The notes below the pieces were generated by a model, which saw only the letters and a program-made list of their open reading frames with translations, was not told where the DNA came from and did no database searches. The translations under genes were made by a program, and so were the position numbers. A DNA stretch of 64,000 nt from an uncultured Chloroflexia bacterium (GTDB taxonomy: Bacteria; Chloroflexota; Limnocylindria; Limnocylindrales; CSP1-4). The stretch is from positions 96,001 through 160,000 of the forward strand of contig CAVVYR010000006.1 in NCBI GenBank assembly GCA_963752475.1, in the 5' to 3' direction. Shown piece by piece: positions 54,223 through 63,053 of the stretch (within the stretch, counting starts at the first letter, position 1; every line of letters begins with the position of its first letter).

Positions 54223-54324
54223 CCAGCCTCGACCTTCGCGGCTGTAGGCGCTCGGGCCTCGAGGCCCGCTATCAGCTCCTGGGGCTTGGCGTCGCCGAGC
54301 CCGGCGTCGCCCGCGTGGGCCGCT

Positions 54325-54745
54325 CTCGGCTCTCATGTCGCCCGGGTCGACGCTATCGGCCGAGTCCCGGCCCGGTGGCCTCGCGATGTGGCCAGACGTC
54401 GCCCGGGTCGGCTCTCATGTCGCCCGGGTCGACGCTATCGGCCGGCCTCGGCTCTCATGTCGCCCGGGTCCGCGCTATCGGCCGAGTCCCGGCCCGGTGG
54501 CCTCGCGATGTGGCCAGACGTCGCCCGGGTCGACGCTATCGGCCGCTTCGGGCGTTCTCTGTAGCCAGTCGTCGTGGGAGTCGACGGTAGACCTGCTCGG
54601 CGTGGTGGTTGGGCGGTCGTGGCGTCGATCGGGCGTGCGGGGTATGCCCAGCCACGCTCGGGATCGGTGGCGGGCGCGTGCATGACGACATCAGGAGAGA
54701 CTACGAGTGCGACTACCGTCGACTCCGGCGACGCATGTCCACATC
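54325..54745. repeat. Cluster of GTCG-N7-CGAC repeats including an 86-bp segment duplicated at 122-bp period
   Basis: 54325-54410 ~ 54447-54532; cores at 54337, 54398, 54419, 54459, 54520, 54571 and 54718. Confidence 0.85.
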
Positions 54746-54952
54746 GGTCACTCGAGAGGCACTCGTCGAGCGGCCCAGCGGCCAAGCCCACGACGTCCAC
54801 GACCGTCGCTGGCCTCAGAACGCTAATTCCGATAAGATAGGTCGGGATTAACCCCGCACTGCCGGGGAGCGCCTCCGGACCGCGCACGCGGACCCTTTCA
54901 ACCGCCGGGAGCGGCCATAGAACCCCGACTTCAGACGCCTCGAGGAGGCCCC

Positions 54953-56353
54953 ATGGTCAGCCAGCCAGAGATCAAGGATCGTCGAGAGGAATACGCCTTC
55001 CACGACGACATCGTCTATCTCCACGAAGCCAAGCGTGGCCTCACGCGGGCCACGGTCGAGGAGATCAGCGCCATCAAGGAAGAGCCGGAGTGGATGCTCG
55101 AGCACCGGCTCCGCGCCTACGACCACTGGCTCAAGCGCCCCATGCCGCAGTGGACCGAAGGCCTCGACAAGATCGACTACAACAACATCATCTACTACCG
55201 CAAGCCCTCGGAGCGGGAAGAGAAGTCGTGGGATGACGTCCCCGACCAGATCAAGGACACCTTCGAGAAGCTGGGCATCCCGGAGGCCGAGCGGGCCTTC
55301 CTCGCCGGCGTCGGCGCGCAGTACGACTCGGAGGTGGTGTACCACTCGGTCAAGGAGGAGCTGCAGAAGATCGGTGTGGTCTTCATGGGCACCGACCAGG
55401 CGCTCAAGGAGTATCCCGAGATCTTCAAGGAGCACTTCGGCACCGTCGTCCCGCCGGAGGACAACAAGTTCAGCGCGCTCAATAGCGCCGTCTGGTCCGG
55501 TGGCTCCTTCGTCTACGTCCCGCCGGGCGTGGAGGTGCCGCTGCCGCTGCAGGCCTACTTCCGCATCAACGGTGAGAACACCGGTCAGTTCGAGCGCACG
55601 CTCATCGTCGTGGACGAGGGTGCCTCGGTCCACTACATCGAGGGCTGCACCGCGCCGATCTACGCCACCGAGTCGCTGCACGTGGCAGTGGTGGAGGTCA
55701 TCGCCAAGCCGCGATCGAACGTCCGCTACACGACCATCCAGAACTGGTCCAACGACGTCTACAACCTCGTGACCAAGCGCGCCCACGCCTACGAGGACAG
55801 CAGGGTCGAGTGGATCGACGCCAACACCGGCTCCCGCAAGACCGTCAAGTACCCCAGCATCTATCTGCGTGGCCGGGGCGCCACCGCGGACATCATCTCC
55901 GTGGCCGTCGCCGGCGAGGGCCAGCACCAGGACACCGGGGCCAAGGCCGTCCATCTCGCGCCTGACACCCGCAGCCGCATCGTGAGCAAGTCCGTCAGCA
56001 AGGACAACGGTCGCGGCACCTATCGTGGCCAGGTCAAGGTCGCGCCCGGCGCCACCAACGCGGTGGCCAGCATCCGCTGCGATGCCCTGCTCCTTTCGGA
56101 TAAGAGCCGCAGCGACACGTACCCGTACATCGACATCCAGGAAGACGACACCACGCTCACCCACGAGGCGACGGTGGGCAAGGTCAGCGAGGACCAGGTC
56201 TTCTACCTCATGAGCCGTGGGCTCACCGAGAACGAAGCCCAGAACCTCATCGTGCAGGGCTTCCTGGAGGTCTTCACCAAGGAACTCCCGATGGAATACG
56301 CCATCGAGTTCAACCGCCTCGTGAAGCTGGAAATGGAGGGATCGCTCGGGTGA
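54953..56353 (+). CDS. sufB: Fe-S cluster assembly protein SufB
   Basis: AGVGAQYDSEVVYH, NSAVWSGGSF, GQFERTL, YIEGCTAP, ELPMEYAIE; GAGGAGG RBS. Confidence 0.97.
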   Translation: MVSQPEIKDRREEYAFHDDIVYLHEAKRGLTRATVEEISAIKEEPEWMLEHRLRAYDHWLKRPMPQWTEGLDKIDYNNIIYYRKPSEREEKSWDDVPDQIKDTFEKLGIPEAERAFLAGVGAQYDSEVVYHSVKEELQKIGVVFMGTDQALKEYPEIFKEHFGTVVPPEDNKFSALNSAVWSGGSFVYVPPGVEVPLPLQAYFRINGENTGQFERTLIVVDEGASVHYIEGCTAPIYATESLHVAVVEVIAKPRSNVRYTTIQNWSNDVYNLVTKRAHAYEDSRVEWIDANTGSRKTVKYPSIYLRGRGATADIISVAVAGEGQHQDTGAKAVHLAPDTRSRIVSKSVSKDNGRGTYRGQVKVAPGATNAVASIRCDALLLSDKSRSDTYPYIDIQEDDTTLTHEATVGKVSEDQVFYLMSRGLTENEAQNLIVQGFLEVFTKELPMEYAIEFNRLVKLEMEGSLG

Positions 56354-57705
56354 GTCTCGCCCCGTTGAACCTGGCCTGGGCTACGCAGACGCATGCCCGG
56401 GGGACCTCGAGTGCTCTGGGGGAGCCCGATTGGCTGACCGCCGACCGACTGGCTGCTCTCGAGCAGGTCGCTGAGCTCCCGGTCGAGCCCAACCAGCTCT
56501 ACATCACCTACATCGACCTGCGTGCGGTCGACTTCGCCGCGGTCGAGCCCTATCCGCCGACCGCCGCCGCGGAGCACGCGCGTGAGGCGGCGCTTCCCGA
56601 GGGCGCTTCGGCGCTCATCCACGTCGACGAGCGTGCGGTGGCCTCGTGCGTCGTCTCGTCGGAGGCGCGTGAGGCCGGCGTGGTCATCTCGACCATCGCC
56701 CAGGTCGCCAACGAGCAGCCCGAGCTGATCCGCGAGTTCATCGAAGGTGGCGGATCGCTGCCGGCCGATGACACCTTCGGCCAGGTGGCCCGTTCGCTCT
56801 ACTCGCTCGGTCTCTTCATCCACGTGCCGGCCGATGTCGAGCTTTCGGCACCGATCGTGCTGCGCTGGAGCGCCGGCGCCGCGGGCTTCGGGCTCATCAG
56901 CCGGACCATCGTCACCCTTGGCGCCAACGCGCATGCCTCGGTCTACGAGGAGCAGATCGCTTCGGACGAAGCCACCGTCGAGGCCTCCACGCGTGCCGAC
57001 AGCATCTGGTGGGGCACCACCGAGGTCCACGTCGGTGATGGCGCCACGCTCGACTTCTCGGCCGAGCAGGACTTCGGTCTCTCCACCGCCGCGTTCGTCA
57101 CGCGCCAGTCGAAGGTCGGCAAGGACGCCACCATCAACTGGGCCGTGGCCAGCGTCGGCAGCCGCCTCTACCGCAGCCGCCTCGAGAACCTGCTCGAGGG
57201 CCGCGGCGCCAAGGTCTCCCAGGTGGAGATCCAGTTCGGCGATGGCAAGCAGCTGTTCGACCTGACGTCGTACACGCGTCACCTCGGCGAGGACGGCACC
57301 AGCGACCTGCTGAGCAAGGGCGTCTACACCGACAAGGCTCGCGGCTACATCAAGGGCCTCATCGACATCCCGTACTCGGGCCGCGGCACGGACTCATTCC
57401 TGGGTGAGTTCTCGATGCTGCTGCAGCGTACCGCTCGATCGGTGACGATCCCCAGCCTGGAGATCGACCAGCCCGACTGCCGTCGTGCCATGCACTCGTC
57501 GTCGGTGGGCCCCATCGACGAGACGCAGATCTTCTACCTCATGAGCCGTGGGCTCAGCGAGGACCAGGCGCGCAAGGCCATCGTCATGGGCTTCCTCGAC
57601 CCGGTCGTCGCCCGCATCCCGCTGCCCGCGGCGCAGGATCGGCTGCGTGCTCGGCTCGCGCGCAAGTGGCCCGAGGGCCCTGCAGCGGCCGCATCAGCCG
57701 CGTAG
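56350..57705 (+). CDS. sufD: Fe-S cluster assembly protein SufD
   Basis: SufBD repeats, IPSLEI, HSSSVGPIDETQIFYLMSRG; overlaps the sufB stop. Confidence 0.9.
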   Translation: MSLAPLNLAWATQTHARGTSSALGEPDWLTADRLAALEQVAELPVEPNQLYITYIDLRAVDFAAVEPYPPTAAAEHAREAALPEGASALIHVDERAVASCVVSSEAREAGVVISTIAQVANEQPELIREFIEGGGSLPADDTFGQVARSLYSLGLFIHVPADVELSAPIVLRWSAGAAGFGLISRTIVTLGANAHASVYEEQIASDEATVEASTRADSIWWGTTEVHVGDGATLDFSAEQDFGLSTAAFVTRQSKVGKDATINWAVASVGSRLYRSRLENLLEGRGAKVSQVEIQFGDGKQLFDLTSYTRHLGEDGTSDLLSKGVYTDKARGYIKGLIDIPYSGRGTDSFLGEFSMLLQRTARSVTIPSLEIDQPDCRRAMHSSSVGPIDETQIFYLMSRGLSEDQARKAIVMGFLDPVVARIPLPAAQDRLRARLARKWPEGPAAAASAA

Positions 57706-57836
57706 GCTACGCCCGATACATCTGGCAGGCGTTCGAGGTTCTATCGCGGAAACGGTTGCGCGTGCCGAAATGCGCGCTAGGCTATCGACAACGACACGGT
57801 GTCGTCGCACGTGTCACGAGTGGGAGTGAGTAGCGC

Positions 57837-58529
57837 ATGGATATCGATATCACGCTCCAGGGCTTGTTCCTGGGTGCACTGGCCATCGCCATCGGCCTGG
57901 CCTTCTGTTTCTGGGGCTTCCGGGTCTTCCTCGTCTTGCTACCGATCTGGGGCTTCTTCGCAGGCTTCCTCCTCGGTGCCAACGGTGTGGACTACATCCT
58001 CGGGGACGGCTTCCTCGCGACCACGCTGGGCTGGGTCGTGGGCTTCCTGTTGGGCCTGCTCTTTGCGGTCCTCTCGTACCTCTACTACTGGGTCGCCGTC
58101 ATCCTGCTCGGTGGAGCGCTGGGTTACCAGCTGACGCTGGGCCTGCTGCACTGGATCGGCTTCGAGGCCGACGGCATCCTCGCCTTCATCCTGGCCCTCG
58201 GCGGCGGCGCGTTGTTCGCGGTGGGCTTCTTCCTGCTGCAGATGCCGGCCGTGCTGGTCATCGTGGCCACCGCCATCTCCGGAGCGGGCGCGACCCTGGC
58301 TGGAGTCGCCGTCGCGCTCGGGATAGTTGCGGTCGAGGACTCCACCGGTGGCATCTTCGGTTTGCACAGCCAGTGGGACTTCGGCTGGATCGGCATCATC
58401 GCCGCTATCGCCCTGGCTTTCGCCGGCGCGATCTACCAGACCAGGACGATCTCGGACATGACTTCGGCGATCACCGCCGATCAGTACATGAACCCGGGCC
58501 TCGACAAGCCAGGTGGCTCCGCGGCCTGA
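57837..58529 (+). CDS. DUF4203-like multi-TM protein
   Basis: GLAFCFWGFRVFLVLLPIWGFFAGF; about seven TMs. Confidence 0.75.
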   Translation: MDIDITLQGLFLGALAIAIGLAFCFWGFRVFLVLLPIWGFFAGFLLGANGVDYILGDGFLATTLGWVVGFLLGLLFAVLSYLYYWVAVILLGGALGYQLTLGLLHWIGFEADGILAFILALGGGALFAVGFFLLQMPAVLVIVATAISGAGATLAGVAVALGIVAVEDSTGGIFGLHSQWDFGWIGIIAAIALAFAGAIYQTRTISDMTSAITADQYMNPGLDKPGGSAA

Positions 58530-58565
58530 CCTGGAGGGCCCCTTCGTGGCCCATATCAGCGAACC

Positions 58566-58596
58566 GAACGGCCGGTGCCTCGAGCGCCGGCCGTTC
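58566..58596. terminator. Hairpin, possible terminator
   Basis: GAACGGCCGG...CCGGCCGTTC followed by TTCGT. Confidence 0.55.
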
Positions 58597-58600
58597 TTCG

Positions 58601-58682
58601 TGCGTCGGGGCGTGAGGCTCGTTCGTCGGCCGTCTGCGTCGGGGCGTGAGGCTCGTTCGTCGGCCGTCTGCGTCGGGGCGTG
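58601..58682. repeat. 34-bp tandem repeat, 2.4 copies
   Basis: TGCGTCGGGGCGTGAGGCTCGTTCGTCGGCCGTC twice plus a 14-nt partial copy. Confidence 0.9.
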
Positions 58683-58781
58683 GGTGCGGCCCCGGGGTAT
58701 GGCCGCGGGTGCGTCGGGCTCGGGCCGGTGGAAGAAGGCGAGCTTCGGGCTGCTGGCGTGAGTTCACGTACCATGGGCGCG

Positions 58782-59132
58782 ATGGAATCCGAGATACGCC
58801 CCGTCCGCCACGTGCCCGTGGCGAAGGCCGCCGACCTCGTGGAAGGCACCATGCAGATGGTCGAAGTCGACGGCACGCTCATCCTCCTTGTCCGACAGGA
58901 AGGCCTCTACGCGCTTCAGGGCACCTGCTCGCACGAGTACTTCGAGCTCGACAAGGGTTTCCTGACCGACGGCTCGGTCACCTGTGCTCTGCACTTCTCG
59001 CGCTTCGAGCTGGAGGACGGTGAGTCGCTGGATCCGCCCGCGGAGCTTCCGCTGGTGAAGTTCCCGGTCAGCGAGGTCGATGGCGACATCGTGCTCGAGC
59101 TGCCCGAAGGCGAGATCCCCATCAACGAGTAA
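58782..59132 (+). CDS. Rieske [2Fe-2S] ferredoxin
   Basis: CSH...CALH ligands; TACCAT 7 nt before ATG. Confidence 0.92.
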   Translation: MESEIRPVRHVPVAKAADLVEGTMQMVEVDGTLILLVRQEGLYALQGTCSHEYFELDKGFLTDGSVTCALHFSRFELEDGESLDPPAELPLVKFPVSEVDGDIVLELPEGEIPINE

Positions 59133-59156
59133 TCCTCACCTGGAGGTCGTCGACCC

Positions 59157-59861
59157 ATGGACATCACGCTGCAGGGCGTGCTCATCGGCGTGTTCGCTCT
59201 GGCCATCGGCCTGGGCCTTGTCTTCCGCGGCTTCAAGCTGTTCATGCTGTTGCTGCCGCTGCTCGGCTTCATCGGTGGCTTCATGCTTGGCGCCGGCCTC
59301 ATCGAGGCGTTCCTCGGAGACGGCTTCTTCGCCACGCTGCTGAGCTGGGGTGCCGGGTTCGTCTTCGGGATCGTGATGGCCGTGCTCTCGTACCTCTACT
59401 ACTGGCTGGCCGTGGGCGTGCTCGGTGGCTTCATCGGCTACCAGCTGACGCTGGGCCTGCTGGCCTGGATCGGCTTCGATGAGTCGGGCATCATCCCGAT
59501 CCTCATCGCGTTCATCGTGGCGCTGGGCGTGGGCGTCGTGTTCCTGCTCTCGAACATGCCGACGGTCGTTGCCATCGTGGGTACCGCGCTTGCTGGTGCC
59601 GCGCTGGCCGTCGCCGGCGCCGCGCTGGCCCTGGGTCTGGCGCCGTCCGAAGGGCTCGTCGATGGCGTCTTCGGTATCTATGCCAGCGAGGAGTTGGGTT
59701 GGATCGGGGTGCTGCTGCTGGCAGGATTGGCGCTCGGCGGCATGGTGCTGCAGGCGCGTGATCTCACCCCCGACGATGCGGTCATCGCACCCGATCAGTT
59801 CCGTAACCCGGGCATCGGTGGCGCTGGCGATGGCAGCGGCGGAGGCCCGGCCGCGGCTTAG
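59157..59861 (+). CDS. DUF4203-like multi-TM protein, paralog of 57837
   Basis: Shares DITLQG, LGDGF.AT.L.W, AVLSYLYYW, GYQLTLGLL.WIGF and DQ..NPG. Confidence 0.75.
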   Translation: MDITLQGVLIGVFALAIGLGLVFRGFKLFMLLLPLLGFIGGFMLGAGLIEAFLGDGFFATLLSWGAGFVFGIVMAVLSYLYYWLAVGVLGGFIGYQLTLGLLAWIGFDESGIIPILIAFIVALGVGVVFLLSNMPTVVAIVGTALAGAALAVAGAALALGLAPSEGLVDGVFGIYASEELGWIGVLLLAGLALGGMVLQARDLTPDDAVIAPDQFRNPGIGGAGDGSGGGPAAA

Positions 59862-59961
59862 GGGGTGTGGCTCCGGACCGGGGCCATGGGGCATGGCGCC
59901 GCCTCGCGCGGTGCTCGTTGCGCCCGGCGTGGTCGGTGGCCGCCGCAGTCGCCAGCACCAG

Positions 59962-60049
59962 GCGCTCGAGGATGGTGCCGCCAGCCCCGAGATCAGCGCT
60001 CGAGGATGGTGCGGCTAGCGCCCGAGGTCAGCGCTCCAGGATGGTGCCG
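59962..60049. repeat. ~35-bp degenerate tandem repeat of the 3' end of the cyclodeaminase gene
   Basis: GCGCTC(G/C)AGGATGGTGC at 59962, 59996 and 60031. Confidence 0.75.
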
Positions 60050-61017
60050 ATGCCCTCGTTGGCGGCGACCGTCAGGATGGCGTCGCCGAACACGACATCG
60101 GCCAGGCCGACCCCCAGGTGCGTGACGACCACGCGTCCCTCGGGCCGAGGCGTGCCGGCCGCGATGGCTTCGCCGATCATGGCCTCGGGCTCCGGATAGC
60201 CGACGAACTGCGTCTTGGTACGGTTGGCCAGGTACTGTCCTCGGTCGTCGGTAAGGAACAGCGCCGCGTCCTTGACCAACGATGCCGGCACACACATGTC
60301 GTAGTCGACGGCCACGACCGTGGCATCCGATCGGAATGCCTCTGCCGGGATCGCCTGGCGATCAGGCCCGAACGACACCAGCGTCAGCACCAACGCGGCA
60401 CCCTCCACGGCCTCCGTCGCATCGGTGGCCACGCTGACCTCGCCGATCCGTCCATGGTCGCCGGCGGCGATCTCGGCCGCCAGCGTCTCGGCCCGCGCGC
60501 GGTCGCGGTCGCAGATGGTCACCGCCACCCCCGGCAGCAGGTGGGCCACGATCGGCAGGTGGCTTCGGGCCTGGACGCCCGCCCCCACGATCGTCACCGG
60601 CCCGGGATCGGCCGGGCCCCAGCGCGAGATGGCCACTCCGCTCACGGCAGCGGTCCGCAAGGCGGTGATGCCACCGGCGTCAAGGATGCCCAGCGGCAGC
60701 CCCGTCACCGCGTCGCTGATGACGGTCGTGGCCGTGATCGCCGGCAGCCCGCGTCCGGCGTTCTCCGGGAAGCCCACGACCCACTTGATGCCCAGAAGGT
60801 CCTCGCTGGCATCGGCCGCCGCACCGCGCATCCAGGCGGGCATGGCATGGGCGAACGAATCGGCCGGGGAGGGGTCGACGCCGATCTTCGGCGGCAGCTG
60901 TGCATCGTCGACGAGGGCCAGCATCGTGGTCTCGGCCAGGCTCAGACGCTCATCGACGGCGGGCATGGCAGCGCGCACGTCGGCAGCGCTGAGGTAGCGA
61001 AGGGGAGGCGTGTCCAT
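60028..61017 (-). CDS. Ornithine cyclodeaminase/mu-crystallin family protein
   Basis: HAMPA, GIKWV, ITALRTAAVS, IVGAGVQA, GVGLADV. Confidence 0.88.
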   Translation of the reverse strand: MDTPPLRYLSAADVRAAMPAVDERLSLAETTMLALVDDAQLPPKIGVDPSPADSFAHAMPAWMRGAAADASEDLLGIKWVVGFPENAGRGLPAITATTVISDAVTGLPLGILDAGGITALRTAAVSGVAISRWGPADPGPVTIVGAGVQARSHLPIVAHLLPGVAVTICDRDRARAETLAAEIAAGDHGRIGEVSVATDATEAVEGAALVLTLVSFGPDRQAIPAEAFRSDATVVAVDYDMCVPASLVKDAALFLTDDRGQYLANRTKTQFVGYPEPEAMIGEAIAAGTPRPEGRVVVTHLGVGLADVVFGDAILTVAANEGIGTILER

Positions 61018-61058
61018 GCGGCAAGGATAGGCGGGCGGCGGACCGATAGGATGGAGAG

Positions 61059-62225
61059 GTGACCACCAAGACCATCGATCCGGCCGAGCTCGAGCACTGC
61101 CTGCACAACCTGAAGCTGGAGCGCGACGCTGTCCTCCTGTACGAGGGCCTCGCCGAGCTGGACAAGGACCCCATCCGCACCGACGCCTTCCATGCCATCG
61201 CCGCCGGCGAGCGGCGCCATGCGTTCGTGTGGGCCTCCCGCGTGGAAGCGCGTGGCGAGGACGTCCCGCCCATGACCCAGCCACGCTGGCGGGTGAAGGC
61301 CATCCTGGCCCTGGCGCGCGTCTTCGGCACGAAGGCGGTCTCAGGCATGGTCAAGGCGCTTGAGGGCGACGAGCTGACGCTCTATGAGGGACTCGATGGT
61401 CCGGAGATGGAAGCTATCGCTGCCGACGAGCGCGAACACGCCGCCATCTGGAAGCGCCTGGACATGGGTATGCCAGGTGTGGCGCCGTCGACACCGGAGG
61501 CGGCCGCCGCGGCAGAGATCGCCATCCGCGACGAGTCATGGCATCGTGCGGCCGGCAACAGCGGTACCCTGCGCGCCGCGGTCTTCGGTATCAACGACGG
61601 GCTCGTCAGCAACCTCGCGCTGATCATGGGCTTCGCCGGCGCCGCCACCGACAACGAGGTCATCGTGCTTGCCGGCGTCGCGGGCCTGCTCGCGGGCGCC
61701 TTCAGCATGGCCGCGGGCGAGTACATCAGCATGCAGAGCCAGAAGGAGTTGTTCGAGCGCCAGATCGAGCTGGAGCGTGAGGAACTGCGCTTCATGCCCG
61801 AGAAGGAGCGTGAGGAGCTGGCCGCGCTGTACCGCACCAAGGGCTTGTCCGAGGAGGAAGCGGACATGGTCTCCGCGCGCCTGATGCAGGACCCCGAAGC
61901 CGCCCTCGACACCAAGCTCCGCGAAGAGCTGGGCCTCGATCCCGACGAACTGGGTTCGCCCTGGGGCGCTGCCGGCTCGTCGTTCGCGGCCTTCGCCCTC
62001 GGCGCGATCATCCCGCTGGTGCCGTTCCTGCTCACCTCCGGCACGCAGGCCATCCTCATCAGCGCCACGCTCGCGCTCGTCGCCCTCTTCATCGTGGGTG
62101 CGCTCGTGAGCCTGCTCACCGGTCGAAGCCTGCTCTACAGCGGCCTGCGTCAGTGCTTCATCGGCGGCGGCACCGCGCTCGTCACCTTCATCGTGGGCAG
62201 CGTCCTCGGGGTAGCGGTGTCCTGA
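61059..62225 (+). CDS. VIT1/CCC1 iron/manganese transporter with N-terminal ferritin/rubrerythrin-like domain
   Basis: ERRH and EREH ExxH motifs; LRAAVFGINDGLVSN, AGAFSMAAGEY. Confidence 0.92.
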   Translation: MTTKTIDPAELEHCLHNLKLERDAVLLYEGLAELDKDPIRTDAFHAIAAGERRHAFVWASRVEARGEDVPPMTQPRWRVKAILALARVFGTKAVSGMVKALEGDELTLYEGLDGPEMEAIAADEREHAAIWKRLDMGMPGVAPSTPEAAAAAEIAIRDESWHRAAGNSGTLRAAVFGINDGLVSNLALIMGFAGAATDNEVIVLAGVAGLLAGAFSMAAGEYISMQSQKELFERQIELEREELRFMPEKEREELAALYRTKGLSEEEADMVSARLMQDPEAALDTKLREELGLDPDELGSPWGAAGSSFAAFALGAIIPLVPFLLTSGTQAILISATLALVALFIVGALVSLLTGRSLLYSGLRQCFIGGGTALVTFIVGSVLGVAVS

Positions 62226-62557
62226 TGGATGAGTCCGAGCTTCGTGCTCGCCTGAGCGCGGAGGGCCTTGAAGCCCACGTGTGGGGCAACGGACCCTTCG
62301 ACCACTACGGTGAACACCGCCATCCCTACGACAAGGTGCTGGTCGCGGCCGCGGGGTCGATCACCTTCCACCTGCCCGAGCTGGGGCGCGACGTCCTGCT
62401 CTCGGCGGGCGACCGACTGGACCTGCCGACGGGCACGTTGCACGGAGCCGACGTGGGCGCCGACGGCGTGACCTGCCTCGAAGCGCATCTACCCGCGGGC
62501 ACCTTCGAGCAGTCGCCGGAACACCATCCCGGTTGGGGAGCTCGACGCGAAGCCTAG
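62225..62557 (+). CDS. Cupin-domain protein
   Basis: EHRHPYDK, GSITF, AGDRLDLPTGTLH; ATG overlaps the upstream TGA. Confidence 0.85.
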   Translation: MDESELRARLSAEGLEAHVWGNGPFDHYGEHRHPYDKVLVAAAGSITFHLPELGRDVLLSAGDRLDLPTGTLHGADVGADGVTCLEAHLPAGTFEQSPEHHPGWGARREA

Positions 62558-62989
62558 CTAGCGGTTCGCCGGTGGCGGACCGGATGGCGGCGGACCGGAT
62601 GGCGGCGGGCCGGATGGTGGCGGGCCGGATGGTGGCGGGCCGGATGGTGGCGGGCCGGGTGGCGGCGCGTATCCCGGAGGTGGTGGTGGCGCTATGGGAG
62701 GCGCTGGGGGTCCGGGCGGCATCGGCGGTGCGCTCGCACCCTGTGGCGCCGGCGGCCGTGGGATGGCGCGATACGCGCCGTCGAGCTCCAACACCTCCTC
62801 CACGAGCGAGGTCGGAGCCACGCCGCCGTTGTGCTCGATGGTGCCCGAGATCCAGGCCGCTTCCGTCCGTCGCTCGGCCTCGCCGAGGTCATCTCGCTGA
62901 CGCGGCAGCCGCACGAGCAGCACGGCCACGAAGCCGGCGCCCAGGCCGAGGCCGACGAGGAACATCCACAGAGCCCAGCCATCGATCAT
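62558..62989 (-). CDS. Hypothetical single-TM protein with (GPPPS)n tail
   Basis: N-terminal TM; 15-bp tandem repeat at ~62570-62660. Confidence 0.7.
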   Translation of the reverse strand: MIDGWALWMFLVGLGLGAGFVAVLLVRLPRQRDDLGEAERRTEAAWISGTIEHNGGVAPTSLVEEVLELDGAYRAIPRPPAPQGASAPPMPPGPPAPPIAPPPPPGYAPPPGPPPSGPPPSGPPPSGPPPSGPPPSGPPPANR

Positions 62990-63053
62990 GGCCGCGAGCA
63001 TATCGTGAGTGCCGCCACAGTGGCGGGGCGGCGTGCTCGGCTATCCTCTCGCG

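Noticed and set aside
54325-54545. Possible CRISPR array
   Set aside because: The would-be spacers are themselves duplicated, periods are irregular, and no cas genes are present in the window
62570-62660. 15-bp repeat as a regulatory or mobile element
   Set aside because: Explained as an in-frame (GPPPS)n low-complexity protein tail
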